Positions 61,010 to 64,000 of a stretch of 64,000 nt of DNA are shown here, in pieces. The notes beneath the pieces are model-generated. The model was not told the DNA's origin. It saw nothing but the letters and a program-made list of their open reading frames with translations, and did no database searches. Within the stretch, counting starts at the first letter, position 1. Every line of letters begins with the position of its first letter. The stretch is from assembly GCA_032718475.1 (NCBI GenBank), contig JAUCBJ010006691.1, positions 102,275 to 166,274 of the forward strand, given 5' to 3'. Origin of the DNA: Nemertoderma westbladi (taxonomy: Eukaryota > Animalia > Xenacoelomorpha). The translations under genes and the position numbers were made by a program.

Positions 61010-61850
61010 AGCGTTCGGTATGTGAAGAAAGGACTATTATTCGATGAAAAAAAAGTAAGCGGAAAACACCGCATTTTTTTTTCACTCATTTTCAATTTAG
61101 CGAAATTCAACTATTCTGTCAGAGTGGATGGTTTTTAGCACGAGCGAAGCGAGTGTTAAAATACCAACGAGTGGAAAACCAACACACGAGGGCAGAATAT
61201 CTGAGTGTTTCGCGAATGAATGTGTTTTCCGTTACGTTTTTATATTGAATATATTGTTTTATTTTAAAAAAAAAATATCACCAGCGTTATCTATGTTTAC
61301 GACGTATTATAATATTACTATATTTTAATACGGAATATGGAATTTAATACGGAATACGGAATAAATACATATAGCTAGCTGTACAGTAAGCTTACCCGAT
61401 AAGCCTCGGTCTACATTATAATCATTATACACCAGAAACTTACTCAATTATATGAAAGTATGTATCAATTTGATTATATTGTGTAGTTAATAGTTCATAA
61501 TAAAAAGTAAAATATTAGTTAAAAAAAAGTAAAATATTAGTTTAAAAAAAAGTCAAAAATTACTTTAAAAAAGACTTTAACCATGGAATACTACTTATAG
61601 ATATATGTATCTTTAGTATTCCATGCTTTAACTAATTTTCTGGAAATTAGTGAAAAAAGTTAGATTGATTGACTCAATTTTAAAAATATTAGTGAGAAAA
61701 AGAGCCTTTTTCAAATAAAAGGATTTATTATCATTATCGTTTGGGCATTTAAATTCGGTGCAATATATTAATATAAATGAGTGCTGCTTTATTATGCAGT
61801 TTGCAGTGACGGGACTAGCTACTGTGTGTAATTATGTAATAACTAAATAA
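61010..61850. mobile_element. Second copy of the hairpin-rich repeat family, continuing at 63505-63670 after the LINE
   Basis: GTTCGGTATGTGAAGAAAGGA (61013), CACGAGCGAAGCGAGTG hairpin (61139), inverted CAGTTTGCAGTGACGGGACTAGCTAC (61797). Confidence 0.5.
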
Positions 61851-61867
61851 AATATACAATAAAAGTA

Positions 61868-63500
61868 TGTGAGTCTCTACTCCCAGATATTCCCATTGGC
61901 GATATCTCCTTTGCAGAAGTGAAGGCTGCTGCAAAGAGCATTAAGACCAATCGTGCCAGTGGAGTAGATGGTGTTCCCCCTGAGGTCTTTAAAATACCTG
62001 AATGTGTTTAAGCTCATCTATCCCATCATATAGTAGACATGTACAGAACGACAAGAGTCCCACAAGAAATGAAAACAAACAAGTTGGTGCCAGTTCCCAA
62101 GAAGGGCAACCTAACACTCTATGGTTCTTTTCGGGGAATCTCATTGATCTCGATTGCTGCAAAGCTATGCAATATAATTCTTTTAAATCGCATCAGGGAT
62201 CCCATTGAGAGACTGCTCCGTGGAAATCAGAATGGGTTCCGTAAAGGTCGTGGGAACATTGAGCCCATTTTGGCACTTAGAAGTATAATTGAAGAGTTAT
62301 CAAAAAAGAAAGACCCAGGCATCTGGCTGTTATCTTTGTTGACTTCTTCAAGGCCTTTGATTCAGTCTCTCACTCACGTATATTCAGCATACTTTCATTA
62401 TATGGGATTCCTGATGAAATTATTGCAGCAATCAGATGAGTATACGATGGTTCGACAACATTTCTGTCTACTGTTGACGGTGACACAGAACCATTTGAAG
62501 TGTTATGGGGAGTCCTCCAGGGAGACACACTTGCGCCATTCTTGTTCATAATTGTAGTTGACTATGTTCTCGCATGTCCTTAGATCATCATAATGATGAT
62601 GGGGTGATGATAACTCCACCTACTGGCTCCAGAAGTCGAGGAAATCCTGCCAAGTACCTAACTGATCTAGACTTTGCTGATGACTTAAGAGTACTCTCAG
62701 AATCATTAGAGGGAGCCCAACCGCTCCTCAGCTCATTAGAACAGGCTGCTTCTAGTGTTGGTCTTTTTATTAACTCCAAAAAGATACAATTTTGACAGTT
62801 AACTTTGAAAGCCCTCAGCAAGTCTCTGACCGGATGACCATGGTATGCTTGAGCATGTGGACGACTTCTGATACCCGGAAGTCCGGTGAGGACCTTCGAA
62901 TATGCAAGGAAAAGGCATGGGCACTGCCCATGCCTTGGATTCAAGGCTGCCCATTGGGCAGTTTTGAATAGACTTTCCAGGATTTGGAAGTCACATAGAT
63001 TTAATCTGAAACTTAATGTCCGATTATTTAGAGCAGTAGTAGTTTCAGTATTCCTCTATGTGAGTCCATGCTGGGATCTAACTGCTTAGGACACCAAATC
63101 TCTGGATGGCACATTCACGAGAATGCTACGCCGTGTTCACTGTGTCAAGTGCAATACTCACATCTCCAACCAGACACTATATAACATTGAAGATGTCTCA
63201 TTGGTTCCCCCATTCTTGACACTAGAACAAAGCCGCCTCGCCGCTTTGTAGGACATTGCTTTCGCCGTGAGGACCAGCCAGTGCATAATCTTGTGCTTTG
63301 GCAGCCTCATGGAGTGAATAAGCATGGTGGACAGCCCATGACTTTCTTGAGACGCATCTTAAAGGACACTGGCCTTGAAGATGCGGTTGATCTAGCAAAT
63401 GTCATGGGTGATACGGAGTTGTGGCGGCGCAATTTTATCGACAAACCGGCACAACATTCTTAAAAATGCAGCTGCAATGCAGCATGCCGATCGTAGTAGT
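61868..63500 (+). mobile_element. Second, more degenerate 5'-truncated copy of the RTE-like LINE
   Basis: EVKAAAKSIKTNRASGVDGVPPE..VPVPKKGNL..RGISL..FADDL; colinear with 31065-32450; multiple frameshifts; ends GCCGATCGTAGTAGTA. Confidence 0.9.
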
Positions 63501-64000
63501 ATTAATATAAATGGAAATATACATTCTGGAATACGGGATTTGAAGTTGTTTCCAGGTTATTGATTACTTTGCAGCGTTCCGTCCTATAGGCCGCAACGTT
63601 GCAAAGTGGTACCTTGAAGCGTTACGAGTAATTCACCAGAACGCTGATAAGTTGACATAATATAACAAAATGTTTTACAACATTCTGTATTGTTTTATAA
63701 ATAATATAATAATAAATGGCCTGTAGCGGAAGCAAATAATACATGCAACATTCAAATGTCCATAACTCAGTTCGTATTTCCCAATCAAATTAAAATACAC
63801 TACAGTAGTTTTACTTATTTAGAATCCTTGCACGGCCAGCTTTCCATTGCTACCAAATATTGATTAAACGGGATCCCGATCAATGACTCACTCGGTAGCC
63901 AATATTACATCCTCCGTTATTAACCGTCTTAATATCTTTTTGGTTTTGGTAAAATATCTCTCACACTCCCGAAAAACCGGGATCACGGCCAAAAATGCAA

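Overview
Eukaryotic (metazoan, probably invertebrate) genomic DNA: a few exon-poor, GC-richer genes sit in AT-rich, repeat-saturated spacers and introns. Genes: the 5' three exons of MCM7 (minus strand, running off the left edge), the large terminal exon of KIF3A (plus; its 5' exons were not found in the window, so MCM7 may be nested antisense in a KIF3A intron), a single-ORF 10-Cys Ly6/uPAR-like GPI-type protein, a 3-exon SET/TSPY-like NAP-family chaperone with a repetitive S-P/S-Q tail, and a single-ORF HEATR6 with an in-frame heptad-repeat insertion. The rest is mobile and repetitive DNA: nested foldback DNA elements with readable TSDs (9-bp Mutator-like, 8-bp hAT-like, 7-bp TAYGG-ended), a YqaJ/lambda-exonuclease-bearing long-TIR element, an IS3EU-like transposase relic, two RTE-like LINE copies, a CR1-like fragment, tRNA-derived SINEs, a degenerate minimal hammerhead ribozyme beside a 64-bp palindrome, and many tandem arrays (4, 17, 21, 22, 24, 36/40, 44, 51 bp and a polypurine array), several of which visibly grew inside a SINE or TIR element. 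No CRISPR array or prokaryotic system is supported. All family assignments come from motif recognition by eye, not from database searches.
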